A stretch of DNA of 64,000 bases, taken from assembly GCF_009914755.1 (NCBI RefSeq), contig NC_060935.1. One strand, written 5' to 3'. The notes beneath the pieces were generated by a model. The model was not told where the DNA came from. It ran no database searches and was given only the letters and a program-made list of their open reading frames with translations. The DNA comes from the human T2T-CHM13v2.0 reference genome, Homo sapiens. Positions 38,835 to 50,940 of the stretch are shown here, piece by piece (the first letter of the stretch is position 1; the number at the start of each line of letters is the position of its first letter). The position numbers were made by a program, and so were the translations under genes.

Positions 38835-40127
38835 GCCCTATTTTGGAGGGTAAAGAAAGTCTCTGACTCTACGTCATCTTGGGCACTGTGATGCCTCTCC
38901 TTTTAGCTCTCACACAGTGTGGGCTTCAAAGACAACATTGCTTAAATGCCCAGCTCCCTCCAGGTGGGAGAAGTAACTTGCTCCAAAAAGAAGGCCCATT
39001 TGCCAGAGTGGCTCAGGATCAGACCCCACTGGGTGCAGCTGCAGGCCTTGAGTGCTCAAGAAACTGGTGCTTCTGGGAAAGGAGACCAAGCAGGTCCTAT
39101 ACTCCTAGAAGAGCTGCTGCACCTCAGGCAGTGTGCACCCACATTGCTGAGCTACTTCAGTGCTCACCTTGGGCTAGAACCAGTTTCCCAGGCTGCGATG
39201 TGGACATCTCTGAGACTCTAAGTGACTGGGAAACTGCAGAACTGGTTTCCAACCATGACTCAGCAGAGACACATCCTCTTCCCCACGGCCCAGCACCACT
39301 GGCATAGAAGCCCCGCTCAGCACCGGGGAGAGAGTATTCCACTTTCTTGTCTGTCTAGGTAATTTATCACCCAGAAACAGGGTTATAGAGAGATGTTTGA
39401 CTCTGAAATGACTCTTGTGGGGAACAGGAAGAATAAACCTGTCCCTTAAGTGCCATGTCTCATTCTGGCTGCAGGGGAGGGACAGGAGGAGAGTAAGGTA
39501 GAAAAGAAGGTGGAGCAGGAAAGGCACGAAAGGGAAGCTGGGTGAATGTGAGAAGTTCTGTGGAGAAAATGGTGGTATGGGGTTACTAGATGAGGAGCTA
39601 GAGCCCTAGGCTGGGGTGTCAGGTTTCCCTCTGACCCGGAAGCAGAACAGTCCTTAGACATTCTTGGTAGAATCACTGCTGCTCAGTGATATGTGAGTTT
39701 CAGAAGCCCTGGCCCCACCCTGGGTGTATCAGCACCTCATAGTTAGGGAACAGAGACCTCACAACACCAGGAACCATGGTACCTCTGTGGCTCTCGGGAG
39801 CTGAGGCTGGGGCAGAAATGAAGTGATGTTTGTCCTGGGCCCTGGATTAGCTCTGAGGCCAGGGTTGGGAGAGGGGAAGTGCAGCTCTCAGAACAAAATC
39901 AAACCAAAGCTTGTTCCCATGAGGAACAGGAAATTTAAGGGAATGAAGTGCTGTACTTAGGTTTCCAAGACCCTATGCTTGCCTCAGTTTCCCTCAAGTC
40001 CATTTCCACCCAATTCCATTGAAGAGGATGCTCTGTCATTCTGCTGCCTTTCACAGTGAGGAGAATCACTCTGTTCCTACTGATTGAGTAACCTGCTTCC
40101 TTTCTTCTTCATTTCCAATGATACAGA

Positions 40128-40355
40128 CAGGACCTGGACTAGCTTAGACGAATGAGGCACTTGCCTCTGGCACAAAAGGGGGCACCAAACACCTCGGTAA
40201 TCAAGGTAAATGATATTTTAATACAACATTTAGAAAATAAAAAATCAATGCAAAAAATCCTTGATGCACAAAATATTCAAAATTTCAATCAAGACTGGAT
40301 TGGTACTAATTTCTCCATTTGTCTCAGGCTCCAGTATGGCTGGGCACTGCACAGT
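40128..40355. mobile_element. hAT MITE, MER96B-like
   Basis: gaggcacttgcctctggcacaaaa...ggtaatcaaggtaaatgatattttaat...aatgcaaaaaatccttgatg. Confidence 0.5.
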
Positions 40356-40629
40356 GCTGGATACAGATATCACTCAATGTGCCTTCAGGGTGGGAAGGGA
40401 GTCCAGCAGAAACAAGACAAACAGGCCCCCTTTATGCGTTGGAAATTGAGCTTCCAGTCTAGTGGACAAGGGAAACAGTGGAACAAATGGGTCAACCATC
40501 AAAACTTGACAATTGTGATTGGCTTGACAAACAGGGTTTTGTGGTGGATGGTTTGGATAGGATAGTTAGAGGAGCTTACCTGGGAATGTGATGTTTCTGC
40601 TATAATTTGAGGGATAAAAAGGAGCCAGC

Positions 40630-41104
40630 AGTTATAGGTTGAATTATATTCACGCAAAATTCGTATCTTGAAGCCCTAACTTCCATGATCTCAGAGTGTG
40701 ACCTTATTTGAAAATAGAGTCATTGCAGCTGTAATTAATTAAGATGGAGTCATACTGGAGTAGAGTGGGCCCCTAATTCAATATGATGGGTGTCTTTATA
40801 AAACAGGGAAATTTGGACACAGCCACCCATGTGCACACAGGGATAACACAGGCAAAGATGTCAAGATGAAGGCAAAGATTGGGGTGATGCTTCTATATGC
40901 CAAGGAACACCAAACATGGCCAGCAAACACCCAGCAGCTAGGGGAGAGGCCTGAAGCAGATTCTCCTTCAGCTCTCAGAAAGAACCAACCCTGCCAGCAC
41001 CTTGATCTTGGACGTCCAGCCTCCCAAATTCAGACGATAAATTTCTTTTGTTTAAGCCCCCAGTTTGTGGTAATTCATTAAGGCAGCTCTAGCAAACTAA
41101 TACA
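40630..41104 (+). mobile_element. MLT1C-like MaLR solo LTR (within an L2 fragment)
   Basis: gtgaccttatttgaaaatagagtcattgcag...gccaaggaacacca...ttgtttaagcc...gcaaactaataca. Confidence 0.9.
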
Positions 41105-43079
41105 CAGGCCATGCAAAGACAGACATCCACGGGACACGACCAGTAAGAAAAGTCCCTGAGGGGAGTAAGGGATCAGCCTGTTTGGGGAACTGGAAGACGG
41201 TAAATGTGTCCATATCACAAAGAGTGAGGTCATGAGGTGAGCAGGGGCTAGTTCATCTAGGAGGACACTCTGGAGTAATGGATTTTACTCCAAGTACAAG
41301 GGGACCTTGCTACTTTCCTATGACCCCTCGACTTCACAGCAATTTCACTGAACCCAAGATATTTCCAACCCCACTGAGCTAAAACTTGCTGTGTTTGTGA
41401 GTGAGCCTAGGGGTGGAGTGGGGCATTAAAAGCAGAAAAGATGTCAAGATTTAATGAACACCTCCTAACTCCCCAGTGGACAATTCTGGATGTCCTGGGT
41501 TTTTGTTTTGTAAGGCCAGCCTCTGCCAATTTAGTAGCTTAATAACCACTATGAATGATCAGGACATTGAGCCACCAAAGTCGTCCAAGTGAAGATTTTA
41601 GATGAGGATGTGGAAGTGAGGGTGGGGAACCAGGAAGCAGAGAAGAAGACTGACATTTTGAACCCCTCCTATAGAAAGTGGATGTGAGGACAAAAGAAGT
41701 ACTGAAACTCAGAGGGACTGGACCTCTTTCTCCTTGTAAGTCAAGCTGAACATGTAAAGAGGAGCTGACAGGAGAGTTTGTCCTGCTGGCATCAGCCTCC
41801 AGGGAAGTCCCCCAGCTTCCTGGATGTCTCTACTCTTGCTGTTGTCTGCTTGGACCCCATCTTCAACAGCAGCTCCTAGGGCTTGTCTGGAGGCCCTAGA
41901 TCAAAGGTGCTTCCCAGCCTGAGCACCTGTAGAGGTAGCAGCTGTATTCTTTAGGTACAAGAACAGCATAGTTTTCCAGCGTGTGTATAAAGGTGTCTTC
42001 TTCCTCTGGGCAAATCACTCCCAGGGGCAAGAGCCACCAGTATCAACTTAGCAATCTTTGTCAGTGGCAAGGAGGTGACACTAATCTAAACCACAATTTT
42101 CATAGCCAACTTAAGCTTATTTTCTTACCTTGTCTTTTCTTAGAACTGTATCACTTCTTACACAGGTTCTTTTTCATCATTTATAAAACCATGGAGGCCT
42201 GGAAATGAACCGAGAGTGACTATTCATGCCTGAGCTAATGTCTCTTCCCCCAGGGATACTGCTGGAAGATGGACAGTGAATTGTCAGAATTCAGAAGTTC
42301 CAGGTCAGAGGTTGACTCAGCCACCCCTGGGCTGATGGAACCATCAGAAGGATCCTCTGATTCAGTCCCCAAACTGGGCCCTGTGGAGCAGCATCCCAGA
42401 CAGCAGGAATCGGACCTGCAATTACTCCTTGGGACTCAGGGAGGAGTTTTAACAAGAAAACTGCACATCTTCAGAGCAGGTGGTCTTTTCTGTCTCTATA
42501 ATCAAACAAAAATTTTTTTCGACTGTTCTATAACAGACTGCTGCCTGGGATCCTAGAACTGTTGCGTTTTTGATCTTCCTCTTCGCAGCATGGACAGTGG
42601 ATCCCCTTGATCTGCAAGCCCTGCCCTGCCTCTCTCTGCACGCTGGGGGTTCAGGGAGGCTACACCCTTGGGGGGCACTGGGAGCTGCTGGAGATGTGCA
42701 CAGCGAGCAGTGGAGAGCAGTCGTCTCTTCTGATCTACATGCAGGGGAACTGGTGAGAGTTGCCGTAGGACCTCTGGTGAAATTACCTTGGCTACTGACT
42801 AGTAAAGAGATGAGAAAGGAGAGGTACTATAGATTTTCTTTAAGAAATAAATATTGTCTCCTCTTTCTCTCTTTTCTCTGGTAAACAGTGCCCAAATTTG
42901 GAAATATCACGTGTAATTTATTGTCCCACTTTAAATGTTTCTTGTAACCATGAATTACTATTCTTGGATCAGATTCCATTATAATAAACTCCCACTTGGA
43001 CTCCAAATTCTTTTACAACAGTGGAATTTTGCTTGAACTAACGCATTGTTATAAATCACATTTTCTGACCCCAGCCTGG

Positions 43080-43290
43080 AGTTCACACTTGGTTTTCAAC
43101 TCCACAACTGACCAAAAATGGGATCTTAAGCAAGTCATCTCAACTCTTTAGCCCGCAGTTTCGTTTACCATAAATTAGGAACATTAGATATAGCTGACCT
43201 AATTCCTCATAGGTTTGTTGGGAACTAATAAGATTATTTTGTAAAAGTGTACTGGAAATCATAAAACTCCATCAAAATGTTAGCTTCTTG
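43080..43290 (+). mobile_element. MIR SINE fragment
   Basis: atcttaagcaagtcatctcaactctttagcccgcagtttc...cctcataggtttgttggga. Confidence 0.6.
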
Positions 43291-43400
43291 TTTGTTGACA
43301 GAACATCAATCACATTTGAGGAAGGCATTTTGAGCTCCTTCCTTATGTGGTGGTGATTTGAAATCCCATCTGCTTTGAATATTTCATATTCCTCTTTGCT

Positions 43401-43911
43401 TTCCAGCATTGGATATGCCTGAAACACTCCTGTAACCTTGCATTTCCTTACCTGTACAACAGGGAAACTAGTACTGGCCTGCCTGCCTTCGACTTTTGGA
43501 TCATTTTACTTTTAGTTTACCTCAGGACATGTAGGACTTTGATAATGTTGGTGGACATCTGATTTATTGATGCTGGGCAAAGAGGGGCACTCAAGCAATA
43601 CATGCAGTGCCAAGTGAGATGTTGAGGGAAGCTCAGCTTTCTTAGAAAGCTTCCCCGTGCACAGCTGTGATCCAGGTGCATCAGAAGATGCTGAGAGCTC
43701 ACAAGAAGGGAAGATGAGACTGCTAAGGCTGAACTAGAGGCAAGGATTGTATCAGTAGACTCCTTCCTCTTCCTTTCATGATAGGATCCTGCTGTGGTTG
43801 AATGTATGTGTCCTTCCAAAATTTATAGACTATAAATTTATTGAAACCTAATCATCAAGGTGATGGTATTAGGAGGTGGTTAAAACCTAATCAACAAGGC
43901 GATGGTGCTAG
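43401..43911 (+). repeat. Inverted duplication, left arm
   Basis: Reverse complement of 45032-45533 by manual alignment; roughly 93% identical overall. Confidence 0.98.
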
Positions 43912-44164
43912 GAGGCAGGGCCTCTTGGAGGTGGTTCAGTCATTAGGGCTCTACCCTTGTGAGTGGAATTCGTGCCCTTATAAAAGGGCAGTAGGAAACA
44001 GGTCTTTTTTTCCTTCCAGCTTCCACTATCTTGGAAGCAGAAGGCAGCCCTCACCAGACATCGAATCTTGTAGCACCTTTATCTTGGACTTCCTAGCCTC
44101 CAAAACTATAAGGAAATATCAGGTCTCAGATGTTTTGTTATAAAAGCAGAAATGGACTGAGACA
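43790..44164 (+). mobile_element. MaLR LTR (MSTD/MLT1A-like) with an internal 39-bp tandem duplication
   Basis: tgctgtggttgaatgtatgtgtcc...gcagccctcaccagaca...atcttggacttcctagcctcca...aatggactgagaca; unit ttgaaacctaatca.caaggtgatggtattaggaggtgg x2. Confidence 0.85.
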
Positions 44165-44289
44165 TAGCTCAACACTTATCATGGAATGTGTTGTTTAGTG
44201 ATGATAAGGCTGAGAGAAGCCTTAGAAATGAAATGGAAGAGAAAATGTAACATATATCTCTAGGTAAAATATACTTTTGACATAGGTTG

Positions 44290-44970
44290 GAGACACCAGA
44301 ACCTACTCCTACAATACCAGTGCATTGGTCAGTGCCATGAATCTTGAAGTTAAATGTTTCACCCTAATGCACTGCTAGTGGGCGTGCACACTTGTGGAGC
44401 CACTCTGGAGAGTACGCATGCATGACTTCATTGAATTAAGTCTGTGTATATCCTCTGACCCAGTCATTCCAGTGCTGGGGAGACAATGGACAGGGGGCAT
44501 GTAAAAACATGCTCACAATAGAGCTATTTGTTAGTCAAGGAGGAGTTAACTGCAATTTGGGCATCTATTCCTGCGAGAAGACAAAAGTAAAATGTGCTGG
44601 ATATATATCATAGAAGCTCCTGTAGCAGTTAGCAGCTATTGATTGGATGTAAACATAACCACACAGATGAACCTTAAAAACATAGCTAGTGGGAAAAAAG
44701 TAAGAAACAGAGTGAGATATGTAACACAACATTTACACTAATTAAAAATGCGTGCATACAAAACAATATTTGTTTACATCAATACATATAAATAAGCATA
44801 TGCATATTGAACAATTGGAATGATAGACTGTGGTTGGTGGGGAGGTGGGGAGAGATATATGAATAAAAAAGAATGAATAAATACATAAAACAAGAGAGAG
44901 GCCTTACATGGAAAAATGCAAGAAGTACAATTTACTCAATCCCTTACATCTGAAGTTGAAAATAAATTAA
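44290..44970 (+). mobile_element. Old L1 (L1ME-like) 3' fragment
   Basis: cactgctagtggg...gccactctggagag...cctctgacccagtcattcca...cagatgaaccttaaaaacata. Confidence 0.65.
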
Positions 44971-44988
44971 TTAAAAATATGAACTCTT

Positions 44989-45018
44989 GGCCAGGGCATG
45001 GTGGCTCACACCTGTAAT
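44989..45018 (+). mobile_element. 30-bp Alu 5' stub
   Basis: ggccagggcatggtggctcacacctgtaat then abrupt end; TT/AAAA site ~17 bp upstream. Confidence 0.85.
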
Positions 45019-45031
45019 TCTCTGAGTTAGT

Positions 45032-45533
45032 CTAATACCATCGCCTTGGTGATTAGGTTTCAACCACCTCCTAATACCATCACCTTGGTGATTAGGTTTC
45101 AACATATGAATTTTGGAAAGACACATACATTCAACCACAGCAGGATCCTATCATGAAAGGAAGAGGAAGGAGTCTATTGATACAATCCTTGCCTCTAGTT
45201 CAGCCTTAGCAGTCTCATCTTCCCTTCTTGTGAGCTCTCAGCATCTTCTGATGCAACTGGATCACAGCTGTGCATGGGGAAGCTTTCTAAAAAAGCTGAG
45301 CTTCCCTCAACATCTCAGTTGGCACTGCATGTATTGCTTGAGTGCCCCTCTTTGCCCAGCATCAATAAATCAGATGTCCACCCACTAATTATCTAAGTCC
45401 TACATATCCTGAGGCAAAGTAAAAGCAAAATGATCCAAGAGTCGGAGGCAGACAGGCCAGTACTAGTTTCTCTGTTGGTCAGGTAAGGAAATGCAAGGTT
45501 ACAGGAGTGTTGCAGGCATATCTGATGCTGGAA
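45032..45533 (-). repeat. Inverted duplication, right arm
   Basis: Reverse complement of 43401-43911. Confidence 0.98.
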
Positions 45534-45859
45534 TATAGCTCTATAGTATGAATATATTTCAATGACCCTGTGAGTTCTATACTAAAAGAAGGGAATGTTT
45601 GGTTACATTAAGTTTTAAAAAAAGAAAAGAACAACCTGTTCTGCACTGATCCCTCAACTGGGTCTTACATAAATCTCTTAGTTCTCAAAGCTGCTCAGCA
45701 ATTCCTGTAGTTTTCTCTTGGATGCTCCAGCTCATGTCCCTCATGGCATCCTTTCTTGAACTTCACTCTCTTTGATTCTCTGACCTCAGTTCGTCTTCTC
45801 CCTTACTCTTATCACGTGAGCTCACCAACAACTTCCTGGAGATCAACATCATCTGTCCC

Positions 45860-46870
45860 AGTCAGGATTATCGATTGCAAACAACAGAAAGTAGTCCTGT
45901 TGCCTTTAGGAAAATAAGGACTTACAGATGTGGAAGCCAATAGAATCCACAAGAGATGGAAGGAGCAAGCTTGGGAAATAAGCAGAATCCAAAGGGGGTC
46001 TGGAGGCTGGGCAGCAGGAGGAATCTGGCCAGATGCTCTCATAGCTGCTGCCTCTGACTCTACAGCAGGACACTAGTGCTGGACAGCCGACTGGCAATGA
46101 GTGAATGTGGCCTCCAAAGTGGCCTCTGAGTGTCTTCATCTTCCTGTTCTCATATCCTCAGTACTCTCTGTCTGCATTAGATGGGGCTTTCCTGTGTATC
46201 TAGTGGGATATTGTGTGAGTCAAGGGTAGGTTATAAAAGACATTGTGGTTTCTGCCTTTCACTTTTTCAGATCATTTGATCTGGGGAAAACCAGGCACTA
46301 TGTCATAAGGTCACTCAAGAAACCTTGCAGAGAGGTATTTCTGGAGAGTAAGTGAGGCTTTCTCCAATAGCCAGTGACCAGCTGTGGCCACCTGCTCACG
46401 GACATGAGAGTGAACCAGCTTGGAGGTGACTCTCAGCCCCAGTCAAGACTTCAGATGACTGCAGGCCCAGCTGACATCTTGACTGCCACCCATGAGAGGC
46501 CTCAAGTAAGCACCACCCTGCTAAGCTGCCCACAAATTCCCAACCCAAAGAAACAGAAAATAAATATTTGTTGTTTAAAGTGACTAAATTTTGGGGTATT
46601 TGTTATGCAGCCTAAGTAAAGAACACATGCCCCCCTTACTTTTGGATTATATTCACCATGTTGAAATACCCGAGGGGAGCTACTGATTGACTGAATGTAA
46701 GTCATGGGCCATGCCCTGCTTCCTAGGGGCTAGTGGAATGGAGTGAGATGGAGTGAGGACCCCTTTGCCTCTTTAGGAGAGGTGGACACTGCATCACACT
46801 AACACTATGCACACAGGGAACTTTCCCAACTAGAAAGATAGAGTTTAGAGAGCCAAAATATAGAAGTATC
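45860..46870. mobile_element. Nested MaLR LTRs: MLT1F-like (~46090-46623, +) inside an older MLT1K/L-like (-)
   Basis: gtcaggattatcgattgcaaacaacagaa; ccagtcaagacttcagatgactgcaggcccagctgacatcttgactgc...gggtatttgttatgcagc. Confidence 0.7.
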
Positions 46871-48585
46871 TACTATCCCTTTGTATCTGAATTGTTGCAG
46901 TGTCTCTATTCTTCTAATCAGAATGTGTCAGGACATCCTTCTTCCTCTTCCCTTCTTTCTTGTCCCCAGCAGAGATGCATCCTTCCTTTCCCCAAAGCTA
47001 AACTTGAGTTCTACTTGGCCTGTTGATCTCATTCCCTTCATTGGTCTCATCTTCCACTCAGTAGTTACCTCCATTCCAGCTCACATCTTTTAATGTTTTC
47101 TGTGTGTCAAACATGTCAGTTCTCTGGTTCTGGATTATCTCCTCTCATTTTTCTTCCCCCTGTAGGAATAGTCTCTTGCTCAGGGACTTTTTAAACATCC
47201 TTCCCTAGTGAACCACGGTAAGTACAGCCTACTTTGATAAGGAAAGTATGGAGTGGGGAATGGAGCATGCCCCAGTGACCACAAAGCCAATGTTCATATG
47301 CTCTAGGGGGATGGAAACCATGTTCGTGGTCAGACTGACGGCATATCTCTTGCAGGTGCCTGCCCATTCCCATCATTCCAACTTTGAATGGTCAACTTTG
47401 TGAAGAAAGGTTTTGGAAGCACAGATGGGGTTACTATAGTCCTCCTATTCTCACAGACTAGAAAATCACTACATTGCAAACTTATTGAGAGGAAGAACAG
47501 TGATTTGTTGTCATTATGTCACAAAGCCTAGCACAATGCCTCAAACATAGACCATGGTCAAAAATATGTATGTTGAACGAATAATTGAGTGAAATGGGAA
47601 ATGGATAGAAGGTGGAGTTTCTCTGTCACCCATGCATGCTTGATGGAGATTTTTTTTTCCCCCAAACAGCCCCTTGAGAAGGGTGAGAATAAAGGGAAAT
47701 GTTGTGATCATCAGAAGCTGCCTTGACTGAGATCTGAGTAGGGAGTAGTCCCAGAATCAGAGACCCACTGAGATCAAGGTTTTCTGATCTGGCCTCTGGG
47801 AGGATTTATAACCTTTTCACAGTGGCCGAAGAATTGACACAGAGCCCTTCGCTAGAGCCTCCCTGCATGACTGAAACAAGGTTGGGGCAACAGAGGAGAA
47901 ACTGACAGTAAAGGCTATATGCACCCCCCTACCCCAGCTTGTAGTTCACTACAGGATATCTTTCTGCCTCCATGCAGCAGAGACCATCTCCAACCTGTGC
48001 TCATACCAGGAACACAGGTTTGGGGCCCTGACTCTGAAGACTGAAGGTTGGGTATGAGATTGAGACAGAGACTGAGGTTTCTGAGCCCCATCCCCTGAGT
48101 GCTGGTTCCTGTCTAGCCTGTCTCTTCTCTGTGATTGACTCCAGGGTCATCTTGTTCAGGGGAAATCATTTCATCCACAACGGAGTGGTCTTTCATTCAG
48201 GCACCAACACATAAGAGTTAACACAGCAACTGTGGCATTCCTAGGAGTGAGCAACATTTTGGTGCTGGGAGTCCTTCTGTGATGAGGAAAGGGAGCAGGG
48301 CCAGAAAGGACTTGAGCCTAGAAGTAGGGGGTAGAACTGGGCATCATCTGACCTTCCTTCCCTCCTTCTCTTTATTTACTTGCCTTTTTCTATTCTATGT
48401 CTATTTTCTCTTGCACATCTCATATGTACTAAAATTGTTATCATAGGAACTCCATCTACAGAGGTAGGAATGCTGGCAGGGGGTATTTGTGGAGGGCATC
48501 TATTCGTAATTAACTATGTGGCAACACTGTTAGTCTTTCTCCCTTAACTTCATTATTTACCCCTACTTCCTCTTTATCCATTTCT

Positions 48586-48874
<289 letters not shown>

Positions 48875-48885
48875 TATCCATTTCT

Positions 48886-49310
48886 TAATGCCTTATGTTT
48901 GGGCTTCCATCTCTCCCACTCTATCAGGAATGTCATTAGAAATCTACCTGACATGCAGGATGCCCTCTCTAGTTCTCTGCTCCCTTTCTGTCTTTGCAAC
49001 ATTAATATGAATCCTTCTCTCCCCTGGCTCCTGTGACAACAGCCTCTCCAGGATTTCTGATCATTGCTTTGGGGGGTTTTCACCTGCTCCTTCTGTGTTT
49101 CTATGCCTTAAATGCAGGCATTCTCTGAAGTTCAGTTTTGAGTGATCTCATCCTTTCTTACTTCCCCTTTCCAAAGTCCATCCACACCAACTGTTTTATC
49201 ACTCTATATAGCTGATTCCTAAATCGCTGTAGCCTAGATTCTCTCCCAAATGTTAGACCCACATTTCTGCAATCCAATGGACATCGCTACATGGATCAGT
49301 TTGCAAAACA
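48886..49310 (+). mobile_element. L2 fragment
   Basis: cttaaatgcaggcattctctgaagttcag...ctctatatagctgattcctaaatc...gcctagattctctccc. Confidence 0.6.
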
Positions 49311-49864
49311 CCAAGTCATTCAGTGAACATGGTGGGGGAGAAGGAGATAGGGCAAGAGAATAAGCAGTAGACAGCAAGAGGTTATGAAGGACCATGCGTG
49401 CCTCCATCAGAGCTCAGTTACGGATCACAGAATTCACTCTGCAACAGGAAAGGTTTTAATACAGGGAGTTGCGTACTGCAAAATTATCAGAAGGAATAAC
49501 TGTCAACTCTCAGAAGCACTCAGCTACTGGCATGATCAGGAAAGCTGCCTCCCAATGCAGAAAGCTGTCAAATCAGGAAATATCTCCTCAATTAGGAAGC
49601 CGCTGACTCCAGAAAACTCCACCTCTACCTAATCAGCACCCAAAACAGAATGCTTTGTACCCTGCCTTGCTTCCTGTTGGACTCAGTTCTGAAACAGAGG
49701 CTCACATGAGCTTATATGATTTACAGAATCTAAGACATATTCAGAGCTCCACCTGCAAGAGATCCTGAGAAATGTATTATTTGATTTCCAACCTCTGCCT
49801 TCTAAAACATGTTGGGATAAATGCTGAGCAAGCCAGTCTGTGGTCTCTGCCATGTTGTGTGCAC

Positions 49865-50220
49865 CAGGCAGGGCTCTTTCTATTGCAAGTGGCAGGAATC
49901 CAACTTTATCTCACTTGCATTCAAAAAGAAACATCATTGGCTTGTAATGAATGTGAAGGAAGGGCAAGGGCCAGTCTGGCTCCAGGGACAAGTGACACTG
50001 AGAATCTCTCTTCTCTCTCTCCACCTGCTACTTCTGCTTTTCTTTCTGTGTTAGTTCCATTCTCCCCAGTGAAGAACTTTCTCTATGAGCCTGGAGATGT
50101 GGCCACAGGGCTCCTAGGCACCCTTCTTTTACCACTTCATGATTATAGAGGAAGAGGCTTGCTTTTCTTGGTTCTCATTGTAAAAGTGTCCAGAGAGACC
50201 CTCATTTGTGCAGCTTAAGT
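49865..50220 (-). mobile_element. Old MaLR LTR fragment (MLT1K/L-like)
   Basis: cagggctctttctattgcaagtggcaggaatccaact...cattggcttgtaat. Confidence 0.55.
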
Positions 50221-50529
50221 TTAAAAGGCAGTTCCTTTTAAAACCTCATTTTAGAGATAGATGAAAATCAGGTTCCAAAAAGGAGGGACTGACAGCTTGG
50301 TAATAGCCACTAGAGAAAGAATATGGGGTCAGAAGAATGTCCTAATTTGTGTGTCCTACACTCTGACACGGCTTTTCCTCCCCCAGATCTGAACATGATA
50401 GAGAACTAATGCAGAACCTTAAGCCGTAAAGTGGCACAATGGAATAATAATATTTTGGTCCAATTGCTAACGGGACTGAATGAGATAATGAATGTATATG
50501 ATAGCATGGTACACAGCACACAGTAGGTA

Positions 50530-50940
50530 CTTGCCTTGATTTAGATTCCCCCAGAAGCTTCTTCTTCTTCTTTTTTTTTTTTTTTTGAAATAATGATTCA
50601 AGTGCAAGTTATTTACTTGGGAAGTGCAGGGAATACCAGTAGTAGAGTGGAGAAAGGGGAGCAGACAGTGAAGGCTGAGTTATTAAGCTACTAATGCAGT
50701 AGTTGACCAAAGCTTAACCCCCACAGGGAAACTCTTGGAAGTGACACAAAACGGATGCCTCAGAATTATCCCACCTGAGGGGCAAGGGAACTAGGATACG
50801 TAGATACCACTTCTGGGAGTCGTTGGCTGAGGGCTGCTTCCGTGGGGTTATTCCTCTGCACTGCTCTCCTGCTACACATATGGGCAGAGTGGTATTCTGT
50901 GGTTCTAGCCTGAGCATAAAAGTTCCAAGGGGCACAGGAG
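50530..50940 (-). mobile_element. ERVL LTR (LTR33/LTR16-like)
   Basis: gattcaagtgcaagttatttacttggga...cctcagaattatcccacctgaggggcaaggga. Confidence 0.65.

Noticed and set aside
39181-39236. 11-bp inverted repeat cagtttcccag / ctgggaaactg as a pre-miRNA or MITE
   Set aside because: The stem does not extend, the inner 34 nt pair poorly, and there is no TSD; compatible with chance.
43517-45388. Near-identical ORF pair (43517..43819 - and 45113..45388 +) looking like duplicated genes
   Set aside because: A by-product of the inverted duplication. The starts are non-ATG codons inside an LTR, and there is no recognisable domain or gene structure.
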